64,000 nucleotides of DNA from Octopus vulgaris (Eukaryota), in assembly GCA_951406725.2 (NCBI GenBank), contig OX597833.1:34410001-34474000 (forward strand), in the 5' to 3' direction. A model generated the notes under the pieces. It did not search any database. It saw nothing but the letters and a program-made list of their open reading frames with translations, and was not told where the DNA came from. Position numbers and translations under genes: made by a program. How positions within the stretch are numbered: position 1 is the stretch's first letter; each line of letters starts with the position of its first letter. Shown here one piece after another: positions 51,320 through 62,955 of the stretch.

Positions 51320-52580
51320 TTCTTTACCCTTTGAACGGCAGATCGAGAAATTAATATTTTGTAACTAAACAGTTTAAAACTTCGGACACTGGTAGAATGT
51401 ATCATATAAAACATATTTTACTCTTAGTATTGTTGAGAAAAGTTCGTATTTTTAAAGTTATTTCGTGTTAAAGTTGTCGTATTTCGGTAATTTCCTCCAA
51501 TCAATGATGCGTATTCAGCTGAAAAAAATTACTGCTGTTGTTTGTCAACAACTTCCGGCAGTGTATATTTCGTTTGTCACTGTTATTTATGACATATTTC
51601 ATCTCAGTTACGCTTGTATGAATAAACGAGCCTACCTGAAGCGTGTTTACTTCATGACACCACCACAATCGTTCGTGCATTTCTACTGCTTTTAGAGTTT
51701 TTTTTCCTGTTTTTCAGCTACTGTTTTCGGAAGGACTGTTTTGCCTCCCACTACAATTTCTTCATTTTTCACTTTTTTCCGTAACTCTAACTCTAAAATC
51801 CCAACCCTAACCCTAAACCTAAAACCCTAAAGCTAAAACCAGCACAAACGCACGAACGATGTCATAAATAACAGTGACAAACGAAAATATATACCGCCGA
51901 TAGTTGTTGTTGACAAACAACGTGGATCTTTTCGGTTTGAACGGCAGTTTTTAACATAATTTCTAGGTAACTAAAAAATTTTAAACTTCGTATACTGGTA
52001 GAATGTGTTTATAAAACATCTTTTTCTCTTGGCTTTATTGAGAAAATTCTATAGTTTGTAAAATATTTGTTGTTGTTTATCTTCAATTTCTGCAATTTCA
52101 ACCAATCAGTGACGTCTATTGAGTTAAAAAGCATTCTGTGCCGTATGAATATGTCCCTCGTTTTAGAAACAGATTGGGTTTATTTACATTTGTGAAGAAA
52201 AAAAGATACCCTTCCCCCACTCCTAACCCTAACCTTAACTAACCCAAACCCTTTAAGAGATTGAAATGCAACAGATCGATTCTAGGATTATAATTATGGG
52301 TGACAATTTCATATGACACCGCTAGAAAAAACTGCCGTTCAAACCGAAAAGATCCAACAACGTTAGTAATTTTATTCAGCTGAATACACGTCAATGATTG
52401 GTTGAAATTACCGAAATACGACGACTTTAACACGAAATAACTTTCAAAATATAAACTTTTCTCAACAACACTTAGAGTAAAAGATGTTTTATATGACACA
52501 TCCTACCAATGTCCGAAGTTTAAAAGTGTTTAGTTACAAAAAATTAATTTTTCGATCTGCCGTTCAAGGGGAAAAGATCC
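51320..52580. mobile_element. Foldback-like MITE with about 270-bp inverted arms (Merlin-like TIR); a further arm lies at 50913-51160
   Basis: 51320-51595 is the reverse complement of 51859-51923 plus 52364-52580; terminal ...ttgaacggcagatcg / cgatctgccgttcaaggggaaaagatcc; internal CCCTAA-like repeats at 51782-51840. Confidence 0.75.
51924..52355. mobile_element. Merlin-type MITE (432 bp) nested in a related MITE
   Basis: Perfect 29-bp TIR GGATCTTTTCGGTTTGAACGGCAGTTTTT; exact 8-bp TSD AACAACGT at 51916-51923 and 52356-52363; a partial copy lies at 25970-26080. Confidence 0.88.
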
Positions 52581-53110
52581 AAAAATATCAATTTTTCTGA
52601 AAGTTATGAGAGAACAAAATCGGTGGAGGACACACTTGTGTAGGAATATCGATAGAAGTAATGAGAACTGACTGAATCTGCCAAAAAAATTAGAAAATAA
52701 AATATCGACAATTCATTGTCGATATATTTTCAAAACGATTCACCAAATTAGAGAGCTGCATTTGACTATTGACCTGAAATAATAAAGTTTTAATAGTAGC
52801 AGTTTATTTTCTAAATTTATTGTCCAATTCTAGCATCTTTCATGATCAACACTTAATTTTTTTTTACTTTACCAGAAGCATAAAAGCAAAAAAAAAAAAA
52901 AACGAAAAGAAACGAAACAAAACGAAAAGAAAAGGACAAAGGAAAAGTCGCAACGATTAATGCAGAAAGTAAAGGGACATAACTAAATTGTCGTAACATT
53001 TAAATATCAAACCTCGCGGCACGTATGCGTGATTATAAACTGTAGTTCTCTCCCTCGATTTTGTTCAGTTCACATAGCATTTGTGGTAATTTGGTACCTT
53101 GAAATAAACT

Positions 53111-53218
53111 ATGCCTAGCTTAATTATCAATACTAATTTACCTCGGGCGAAAATCCCACAAGATTTCTTGTCCAAAGCTACTGAAATGATGTCGAAGCAG
53201 ATTGGCAAACCATCAAAG
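53111..53218 (+). CDS. MIF: Macrophage migration inhibitory factor, coding exon 1
   Basis: MPSLIINTNLPRAKIPQDFLSKATEMMSKQIGKPSK (108 nt) followed by donor gtaagt; catalytic Pro after Met, TN and GKP motifs. Confidence 0.92.
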
Positions 53219-54247
53219 GTAAGTATGTTAAAGAGCGAATTATTTTATTTAAAGATTTGCGCGTGGTATTGATTGTTGAGTGGCAGGAGCAGTTTTTACT
53301 TTTCTTTTTTTAGTTTATTTACCGTTTCAAAATATTAAAGTTCCCCTAACGAAGAAGGAAGTACATCTACATCATTCCCACCTTTCTTTTTCTAGATATA
53401 GATTACTTTAAACTATATTAACCAATGTGTCCTACTTTTTTTCTATAATGATAGGGCGCGATTTGACGGAGATTTATTTGGTATTTCAAGCAATTCTAAC
53501 TTCCGCATTAGGACAGCTTCGTTGTCTCGAAATATATGCTTGTTAATAAGGAGAATGAAAGAAAAAGAAAAGAAATAGAATGAAACCAAGTAAGCTATTG
53601 TGACATACGGAAAAAGCCTACTGTCTCTATTTCCCAATCATTGTGTTTATCTAGGACCACTCTAATCAACGTGTATTGTCTTTTTAAGACGTTTGGATTT
53701 GATTTGAGGAGATTAGGTTGCTATTTGGAACAGAACATGCGACCAAGCAGTCGCTTTTCTTTTTTGTTCGCAGTAATCGTTGCACCCAGTTTTGATTCCC
53801 CGTTGAAACTAAGCTCGATTCTGTACGAGCTAACAACAACCTCTACATAGCCTCCACTTTTCTAGAAATCAGGTCCTACTATCTTTAATAGGGAAATGGT
53901 GCATTGCGTCTGTAGTGTACCCCTAATGAGACGAGGTTGTCTCTACAAGTATAACTTTGGTAATAAATTTAGAAGATCAGGGTTGAATTTGACCTTTGTT
54001 TAAATATAAAATCGTGAAAAATTTGTAAATGTTTGCTTTTCTTATTTTTATATGTGTACCAAATGCTTATCTAAAAGAAAAGAAAAACACTATTTTACTT
54101 AAAGCTTTTACAAAGTTTACAAATATTATTACGTTATCATAAGTGATAAAAATTCGGTAATTGTTCAGTTTAGTGATATTAAAAAATTACGGAGATGTAC
54201 TCGCATAGCAAGAGATTTGATCTGAGATCGTGTGCTGGAACGAAAAC

Positions 54248-54420
54248 AATTGCTGCGTGGAAGGTGTTTGTAAGCCATTTAAGAAACACACAAAAGCCGT
54301 TCGATTCACTTCAACATTTAAGTTTAATTTGTCAAAATATTAAACTTAAATGTTGAAGTGAATCGAACGGCTTTTGTGTGTTTCTTAAATGGCTTACAAA
54401 CACCTTCCACGCTGCAATTG
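54248..54420. repeat. Near-perfect hairpin (about 80-bp arms) in MIF intron 1, same family as 23727-24162
   Basis: caattgctgcgtggaaggtg...tttaagtttaat [ttgtcaaaat] attaaacttaaa...caccttccacgctgcaattg. Confidence 0.85.
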
Positions 54421-54721
54421 TTGATGTCAAAAAGTAAATAAAAAATGAAGGGGAGATAACTAGTAAAGGAACGTGCATAAGTCAACATAAATATTGGTTA
54501 TTATTTACTTTGGAATTGATCAGATAGGCACGTGGAAAACCAGCGGGACCGCAATTCATTGTTCGTGAAATTGAAATCGTCAACCATGAATCAATTTTGG
54601 AATATTACCTATTTAGCCGAATAACGAGACCAGATTCTTCCAGTGGTTGGCAGGGCGACGACTAATAATGAATTTATACGCGTGCAAAAATTGTAACTCT
54701 CCATGTTAGCTTACTGCAGTC

Positions 54722-54950
54722 GGCGAGCTGGCAGAAACGTTAGCACGCCGGGCGAAATGCTTAGCGGTATTTCGTCTGCGTTACGTTGTGAGTTCAAATT
54801 CCGCCGAGGTCGACTTTGCCTTTCATCCTTTCGGGGTCGATAAATTAAGTACCAGTTACGAACTGGGGTCGATGTAATCGACTTAATACCTATATCTGTC
54901 CTTGTTTGTTCCCTCTGTGTTTAGCCCCTTGTGGGTAATAAAGAAATAAG
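54722..54950 (+). mobile_element. Full-length tRNA-derived SINE with Nin/Deu-like domain
   Basis: Head GGCGAGCTGGCAGAAACGTTAG, B box GAGTTCAAATTCC, core gactttgcctttcatcctttcggggtcgataaattaagtaccag; degenerate copies near 16915-17110, 45730-45950(-), 57060-57230(-) and 59010-59150(-). Confidence 0.8.
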
Positions 54951-57517
54951 TATTAGTTGTTTAACAGTAAGTTGACTTACGTATGGCCCTTTACTAGTTA
55001 TCTCCACCTTAATTTTTATTTACTTTTCTAATGTCACTAAACTGCACAATTACCAAAAATTCTTAATGTCTTTCAAGTAGTGAACTTAATGGTGAATTAA
55101 TCGAAGCAGCCACTCTCCTTTTACAATCTATGGTTGTGCTCTAATTAACAATTCATAATGGCAATCTGAATGCTAACAATTTTTTTTAATTTTATGAATT
55201 GCTGCAAAGTATACGAAATCCCAAGCCTGCTTCTCCACTCAATAGAATTTAGGACCCATCTTCCACTGGTTAAAATGAGGCTTTTATAGCTTAATGCATC
55301 TTTAGTAAATCAGTAGATTGTTTAATCTCTTTGTTGTCCTGACTGTTTCACACATACTAATTATCATTTTCTGAATATTTTACATTTTTATTTTGAATAT
55401 AATATCAGGATGTTGAGCACCTAGAGCAGCCCTATAAATTGCAAGCTCCTTCTCCCAGCTTTACAAAATGAGTCCTCTTTCTCAATGTCTTCTGAAACAG
55501 TTAAAAAATTATCAACTAGTAAACAAGAAATCTATGGTTTTATGTTAATGTATATCACTGTGTAAATCAGCAATAAGGCAAACTTTGAAATGTTTTACAC
55601 CAAATCATGTGACTGATTATATCACCACACAACACCCTCAGCTCCCCCATTCTGCCCCTAATCTGTCCAGCAGTAAAATCATCTGCTCCCTTTATTATTA
55701 AGTTTTCGTATTTTTAATTGGATTGAAGTTTTTGTCTAAATTGTTTAAAAATATCTTTGCCATCCTAGGTGATTGCCTCATTTCCTGAGTGTGAAAATAT
55801 TGCAGAGCATAGTCATATAACTTTTAATCAAATAGATTCTCTTTATTTAAATTCTTGCTCGTTTTTCGTTCTTTGAAATTATATCAGAGAAAGTTGAGAG
55901 AGATCTCCTTGTCTTTTATAGGCATTCCCAAATCTTTTGGTATTTAGCTTAAAATTGTGTTGGTCAAAGCCTGTAAGAAAGATTTAGATGAGAGAATTCT
56001 AATGGAGTTGCACCCCTAGAGAAGAGTATGGCAAAGCTTTTAGCTAAAAATCTTGACAAGATGAAAGAGGATTAACAAACAAAATTAGGCAAGGTTGGAC
56101 AGTATTCATGACCTCTGCAGGTTTTCGTAAACTGATGCCCAGCCCAAACATCTGCAGGAAAAAAAATGTGGGAGGAAATAGCTGAGGTATCTCATTTGAA
56201 TGCTTGGAATATGCTGGACATGTTTTCATAAGACCTAGAAGCAAGGAACAGCACTTATTTGATGGTGATGTTCATTTATAACTATCAAGGGATGTGGAGA
56301 CAAAGACACAGGTGTGTGTGTGTGTGTGCACGCACACACATAAATATGACTTTTCTTTCAGTTTCTGCTTAACAAGTCCACTTATTAAGCTTTTAGTAGC
56401 CTGGGTCTATACAAGACACTTGCCCAAGGTACCATGCAGTGTGAATGAACCTGAAATCATATGATTAGGAAGTGAAACTTTTAACCATACTGTCAAGCCT
56501 GCACACAAGCACATGTGTGTGAAGCCGTCACAAGATGTCATCTTATTGTGAAGCTTTTCATTTATAGTGACTTCACTTGTTCAAAAAGGAGGAAGGGTTT
56601 AATGTAACATGTATTGAATGTAGTTTTGTGCTATTGAGATATCGTTATTGTAATTCGTTTTTGAGGACTCTATTTGTAGAATGAGTTGTCCTGGTGGCAC
56701 TTGTGTATAGAAGGGTAAACAGGAATGAATAGTATTATCATCTGCATTGAATTGTTTGTGGTTATTAGTAACATTGGGAAAAATGTTGAAGGCGTAATCA
56801 GTTGTTTCTGTATACAAAATTTAATGAGCTGGAAAGACTGCCATCAGTACAGGCTTTGATAGAGCAGTGTGATAAGAAACTTTTGATGTAAAAATGAGAG
56901 GAAGAGTGTCTGCAGTATAGAATTTAAAATGGAGGGAGTTTAAAACTGTTGAGTTATGAGGCTTTTGTGTTTGATAAGTTATCTTTCAAAATCATGATGA
57001 GTGTGTGGTTTAAAAGTTGTTCTTAAGAATTATATAATTTTCTATCTTTTCTAGCAAAAGCACAAGGTCTTAAATTTGGGTGAGGTTAGTTGATACCATC
57101 AAGCCCAATATTTGATTGCTACTTTATTTTATCAATCTCAAAAGGGTGTAAGGCGAAGTTGACTTCAGTAGGGTTTGAACACGGAATGTAAAGAACCAGA
57201 ATTAAATACCAAAAGACAGATTTTCTGATGCTTCATTATTTTATTTGTATTATTTTGTCCTGTAATTTGAGAAGGAATAGCAGTTGTTGTGTAATCAATA
57301 ACATAGTTGTCTGGCAACCTAAGGATACATGATTCAAGAGCTGTTAGTGGGCCTATTGCTTTCTTTCTTTTTATCTGCCTCAAATTGGTGTTTATGAGGT
57401 TTCAAATCATTTATTACTATTGTTGGAGTTATTGAAGGGAAGTTGCAAACTGTAATTGCTGAACTTTTTGTTATTATTGTTATTGCACTGTTAATGCTGC
57501 TATTATTGTTGTTACAG

Positions 57518-57690
57518 TATATTACCATTTGTGTCCATCCTGACCTAATAATGAGCCATGGAGGGTCGGATGACCCATGTGCTTCAGTTCATGTTACTTC
57601 TATTGGAAAACTAGGGCCAGATGTCAACAAGGACCATTCAGCAAATATTGGAAGCTTTATCCATGAAACTTTAAAGATTCCAATGGACAG
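57518..57690 (+). CDS. MIF: Macrophage migration inhibitory factor, coding exon 2
   Basis: ttacag| YITICVHPDLIMSHGGSDDPCASVHVTSIGKLGPDVNKDHSANIGSFIHETLKIPMD(R) |gtatgt; 173 nt, phase 0 to phase 2. Confidence 0.93.
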
Positions 57691-58369
57691 GTATGTTTTC
57701 TTTGTTATTATTTAATCCTTGATTAGCCCTAATCCACCAAATCTATGATCAAATATGTTGTTGTTGAATGAACTTTGCAGGTTGTTATTATTTAATTCTT
57801 GATTAGCCCTAATCCACCAAATCTATGATCAAATATGATGTAAACATGACCATTCAGTCTTTTTCCTTGATGTAGATATCTACTACATTAATGTTAAACA
57901 ACCTTATTCAGCGAGTCCACCTTTTAAGATGGTAAAATTTGATTTGAAGAAAATTTGGTTGTTCTTTCTAGCAAGATAACTAACTGTATATAAGCTCTTT
58001 CATTGGTATGTTTTTGTTGTTGATGTGTGAACTATTCAGATTTTCTCTAACTGTTATACATAAGGTAAATGCTTGTCAGCAAGAAGTTGATTACTTTACT
58101 TGGAAGAAAATTCTAGTAAGGTTCAAGTTGAATGACTCTTACACTCCTACTACATGGAGTCCAGTAAGAATGTATGATCATGTGCATAATACCAACATGG
58201 CCCTCTATTTCTGAAAGGCTTTTCAGTTTGTTGGCATATCTAGTCAATTGAAGAGCAATAAGATGAAACTGCAATTTGGATAAGCAGTCCCTGTTTCTCA
58301 AATAACATAATATATACATGTGTGTGCGTGTGTGTAGATATATATATGGCTATATATATAGATAATGTG

Positions 58370-58685
58370 TCAGTGATTAGTGTCAGGCCCACAATCATGA
58401 AGTAGTTTGATTCCCAGATTGAGCTGTGTGTTGCGTTCTTGAGCAAGACACTTTACTTCACAATGCTCCTATTTACTCAGCTATAGAAATGAGTTACAAT
58501 GTCACTGGTGCCAAGCTGTATTGGCATTTTCTTTTCCCTTGGATAACATTAGTGGTATGGAGAGGAAAGGCTGGTATACATGGATGACTGCTGGTCTTCC
58601 ATAAACAACCTTGCTTGGACTTGTACCTCAGAGGGTGACTTTCTTAGTGCAATCCCATGGACATTCATGACTGAAGGGGGTCTTT
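58370..58685 (+). mobile_element. Degenerate CORE-type SINE in MIF intron 2
   Basis: tgcgttcttgagcaagacactttacttcac...ctcagctatagaaatgag resembles the CORE consensus, after a decayed tRNA-like head. Confidence 0.5.
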
Positions 58686-59508
58686 GTATACAAATATGAG
58701 AAAGAGATATTTACTGTAACAATTGCACTCTCTGTTCTAATTTGCTGATTGTGTACCACATACCTGTGATTCATCTGCTAGTCTTCTCTCCTTACTATTA
58801 TTCTCCAAATCATCATTTTGTCTGAACACTCTCTTAGGTCTAATATTTAGAAATATTAGAAACAAGACATTGAATTTGTGTGTAGATGCATGCAATTTGT
58901 ATATGTGCATGTTTGTGTGCATGTGTACATGCATGCATCTGTGTATGTACAGATCAGTCTTTTCATTGTTTTTGACTTTAATAAATTAGTGAAATTTGTA
59001 AACACAATGCCCCGAAACTGATGGCCACATCAACTCTTGTATGAAACTCTGGAAAGGCAAAAGATAAAGTTGACTTTGACAGGATTTGAAATCTGAATGT
59101 AAAGCAAGGTAACTAAATACTGCAAGCCATTTTCTCTACCATTCCACTAACTCCACCACTCCACCACCCTTATAAACATCATCATCATTTAATGTCTGTT
59201 TTCCATGCTGGCATGGATTGGACAGTTTGACAAGAGTTGGAGAGCTGACCAGAATCCAATTGTCTGTTTTGGCATGGTTTCTATAGCTGGATACCCTGCC
59301 TAACACCAACCACTTTACAGTGTGTTGAGTGCTTTTTATAGTTCACTGACATGGGTGCACTTAAGTAGCACTGGCACCTGCAAGACAAAGACCTCTCAGG
59401 TGGGAGGGGGAGTAGGGGTATGGCCACAAAGGACATGTGTGTATGGATGGCTGCAATTTTACTTAGCTTGATGCGTCTTAAGTAAGATGTCTTATTTTAC
59501 ACTTTTAG

Positions 59509-59572
59509 GTTTTACATACAATTCAATGACTTACTTCCTTCTAATGTTGGTTATAATGGTACAACATTTTAA
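59509..59572 (+). CDS. MIF: Macrophage migration inhibitory factor, coding exon 3 (protein totals 114 aa)
   Basis: ttttag|G TTT TAC... gives (R)FYIQFNDLLPSNVGYNGTTF*; phase fits exon 2; AATAAA at 59638-59643 and 59659-59664. Confidence 0.92.
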
Positions 59573-59702
59573 AATGTTAGCTGAAGCTTCACACCAAGTC
59601 TCAATTTATACAGAAGAAAACATTAAAGACATGGAAAAATAAACAAAGAAAATAGTAAAATAAAAAATATGAATTATTTTTGTTTTTCTTGAATTTTATT
59701 TT

Positions 59703-61080
59703 TTAAGATCTACCAATAATAAATTGCCATGTCTTTCCTTTGTTCACAGAACTACATTTTTCCTGAATCCCACCTTCACACTTCCATATATGCGTACTAA
59801 TCAACATACAAACCTCATTGTTTTCTTGTTTCATTGGTTCTTCTGTCGTAAGATCAATTTCTAGTTGTATTCTTACTTTCATGCATTTTCTCTTTTTCTT
59901 TTCTGGTGATGCTAGGTCAGTTTCCATGTAGAGGAATCTTTTTTTTTTTTTTTTTGCTTTGGTGTGTAACATATTCTCTTGATGTATTTGTTAATGTTTT
60001 TTTTTTCATATGGTATAGTCACATGAGAGGATTTAATTCAATCATGCCCCCAATCTTTTAATTTTGGCATTGGTTTGTAAGTCTTGTAGTAATATACTCT
60101 AACTATTGCATCTCTCTTCTGCATGATGGTCCATAGTTCAGTGTTGCTTCTGTTGAAACATGGTGTTCTTTTTTGTATCCTTTCTAGTTGATGTCTAATG
60201 TTTATGCATGTTGGTGTTCCCTCCAGGATGCATTTTGTTTCTTTGTTGTTTCTTGAAACCACATTTCATCAGTGTAGATTATTGTTTTGTTGATGCAGCT
60301 TCCGAATGTAAAATTATATGATGCTTGGCAACACACATTCTTCCACAGTTCATGAGTCCATTCTGTATTGAACACAGTATGTAACTTTTTCTAGAATTTC
60401 TGACACCCATTATGTGTAGTCCTTTTTTTTCCCTCTTTTTTTGTATGTGACAGATTTCAAATGTGTGTTGTGCAAATTTAGCTGAGTCAATGTTATATTG
60501 CAACCATTTGTCCAATATGTTTAGTGATGTTTGTACATCCCCAGTATTGGTTGTTTGCATTTGTGAGGAAGAATTCCTTTTTCTCTCTTATTTACTCTCA
60601 TTTTGGTGTTTAGTTCCAATGCGAGTTCTTGTTGCTGCACTTTATATGATGGTGCTGAGATTTAGTGTAGATTTGTAAATGCTGTCCTATGTTTCTTTGT
60701 ATTTTTGTTTATCTGAAGTTTTTACAAAGTGTTACATATTTTCAGGAGTTTTTTTAATAAAGTTGTATTTCTTACCTTGTACGATGTCTTGGTTTTTTTA
60801 TTATGTGCTCTTTGTCACTTTCCTCTTGTAAAACATTTTTTTGCGAGTCTGCATCAAGCATGTTTTCCAGGATGACCCAATGTTTTTTGGTGTCTGTGGT
60901 GAGGTAATTAGCAAATCTGTATGGATTGAATATTTTTTGACATGATAGTTTGTAAGGTTTGTTTCCTCTTTGTTGTAGTAACCTTTTCACCACCATGAAG
61001 TTGTAGTTGTTGTTGGGGTGCTTTCTGTGCCATGTAATAACATGAAAGTGGTATGTTGGAACAGTGTTTAAAGTTTTCAG
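59703..61080 (-). pseudogene. Endogenous parvovirus/densovirus-like NS1 (HUH endonuclease plus SF3 helicase), frameshifted
   Basis: YHFHVI (HUH, HFH at 61042-61050) in frame with FANYLTTD (motif III-like); Walker A GVRNSRKS (60384-60407); NFTFGSCINKTIIYTDE (Walker B 60265-60282); KCILEGTPTCINIRHQ...RTPCFNRSN (B' and C); C-terminal PEKKKRK. Confidence 0.85.
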
Positions 61081-61412
61081 ATGTCATTCCAGTTGCTATT
61101 CCTGTATTGATTGTTGGCATTTTTTGTGGATGGCTGGCGCAAGCATAATTTGATTCAATTTTAATGAAATATGTAGTTTCGAAAGTAAAGTATAATGTTG
61201 ATTTCTCTTTACTCTTTTTCTCTTTTACTTGTTTCAGTCATTTGACTGCGGCCAAGCTGGAGCACCGCCTTTAGTCGAGCAAATCGACCCCGGGACTTAT
61301 TCTTTTTAAGCCCAGTACTTATTCCATCGGTCTCTTTTGCCGAACCGCTAAGTGACAGGGACGTAAACACACCAGCATCGGTTGTCAAGCAATACTAGAG
61401 GGACAAACATAT

Positions 61413-61467
<55 letters not shown>

Positions 61468-62955
61468 CATATATACGACAGGCTTCTTTCAGTTTCCATC
61501 TACCAAATCCACTCACAAGGCTTTGGTCGGCCCGAGGCTATAGCAGAAGACACTTGCCCAAGGTGCCACGCAGCGGGACTGAACCCGGAACCATGTTGTT
61601 GGTTAGCAAGCTACTTACCACACAGCCACTCCTGCGCCTGTTGGTTTTGGTAATAAAGGGCAATTAATTAATATAATTTCTGGTGGGCCCTCTGATGTGT
61701 ATGCCACATTGTTTATTAGTGTTCTATCTGCTACTGTGTATATTTCAGATGATTGTACTTGTAGGTCTGTTGTTGTCACTGTGATGTCTTTTCTGAATTC
61801 TTGGTAATTGAAAGCTAGATCAGACACTTCTGTCCTGGCTGAGTCTTGTTTCTTTTGTTCTGACTCTTAGATGATTGCTCTTACAATTTAATATAGCATT
61901 GTTGCCATCTGTTCCGTATGTTGGTGCCATGGATACATCTAGACATCCATCCAATATAATATCTCTCTCTCTAGCTGATATGGTGTTGAATGCTGGAGGA
62001 AAATGTATGGTTAAGTTGTCACGTAAGGTGTTGGTTAGGGGTTTTCTAAGTAATGACTTGTTGAACCATTTGCGTACATATGTATCCCCTTGTCTAATCT
62101 TTTTAACTGAGTTCATCTCTCTCCAATCGTGGAAGTCTGTGATCAAAGTTGTGCATTCTTGAGTGTCTGCTGTAATTTTGCATTCTGCATTTCTGTTCAT
62201 TACCATTATTGGTGCTGAATAACTGTATTCATATTTCGGTAGGAACACGTGTTATGCTGTTGTGGGTTGTATTTCCCTTGTTTGGTATGTGAGATAATTT
62301 AAGTAGGTTACCAAACCCAGTGTATTTGAAGGTTTCAAGGATTGGAATGGCCACTTCGTCATTGTTTTTTGTTTCCTGCTGTAATGTTGTCACTTTTGAA
62401 ATTCATGCTTCTTATTTTGTGTGAAGTTGCATTTGATAGTGATTGTTTGAACTTTATTGGTTAACAAGTAGAGTATGATGTAGTCTTCAGCTTATACTCT
62501 TCCCCATCTGAAGTGTCCTGTGTTGTGCATTCCTTTTTCTCTCCATTTGATATTTTGTGAATTTTTCTTTGGTTGTATTCATGTCACATGATTTGATCAT
62601 GTTTCTAAACTTTCTGCTGAATTTAAGTATTTGGGTTTTGCTCCTTTCCATCCATTGTTTTCTCCTCTTCTGCCTCTGAATTTTGTGACTGTTGATTTAA
62701 AGCTATTGCAGTATCAGTATTATGTCCAGAGACAGCAATATTATTAGTATTGGTTTCTGGTGGTCTGAAGTAGTTATCAAGTCTGAGATAGTGCTTAACA
62801 GTGATTTCTCCTGTTGCAAGTATGCCAGTTGGACTGGTCTGTATAGCACTTTTGATGAATTTTTTGTTTTGTTTGCCTCCTGAGTATCTATGTCTGTGGG
62901 CATAATTCAAGTAGTGTTCTTTTGCAATTAGATCATGTTCGTTTTGTAGAGGCTC
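60908..62955 (-). pseudogene. Endogenous parvovirus-like capsid (VP1u PLA2-like remnant plus major capsid), frameshifted and SINE-interrupted
   Basis: EPLQNEHDLIAKEHYLNY...EANK/KFI resembles the PLA2 PxNxxDxxAxxHDxxY...AD..F motif; IRQGDTY resembles the LRTGD capsid motif; Thr/Asn-rich frames; the frame GPPEIILINCPLLPKPT|EKSTLYFTFETTYFIKIESNY resumes across the SINE. Confidence 0.65.
61205..61639 (-). mobile_element. Young tRNA-derived SINE inserted in the viral capsid remnant
   Basis: Near-identical to 8101-8527, including A and B boxes, internal (TA)n and the 3' tail. Confidence 0.9.

Noticed and set aside
51782-51840. Interstitial telomere or chromosome fusion site
   Set aside because: Short, degenerate and internal to a MITE.
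57702-57840. About 59-bp direct duplication after MIF exon 2
   Set aside because: A local intronic duplication that excludes the splice donor; no function evident.
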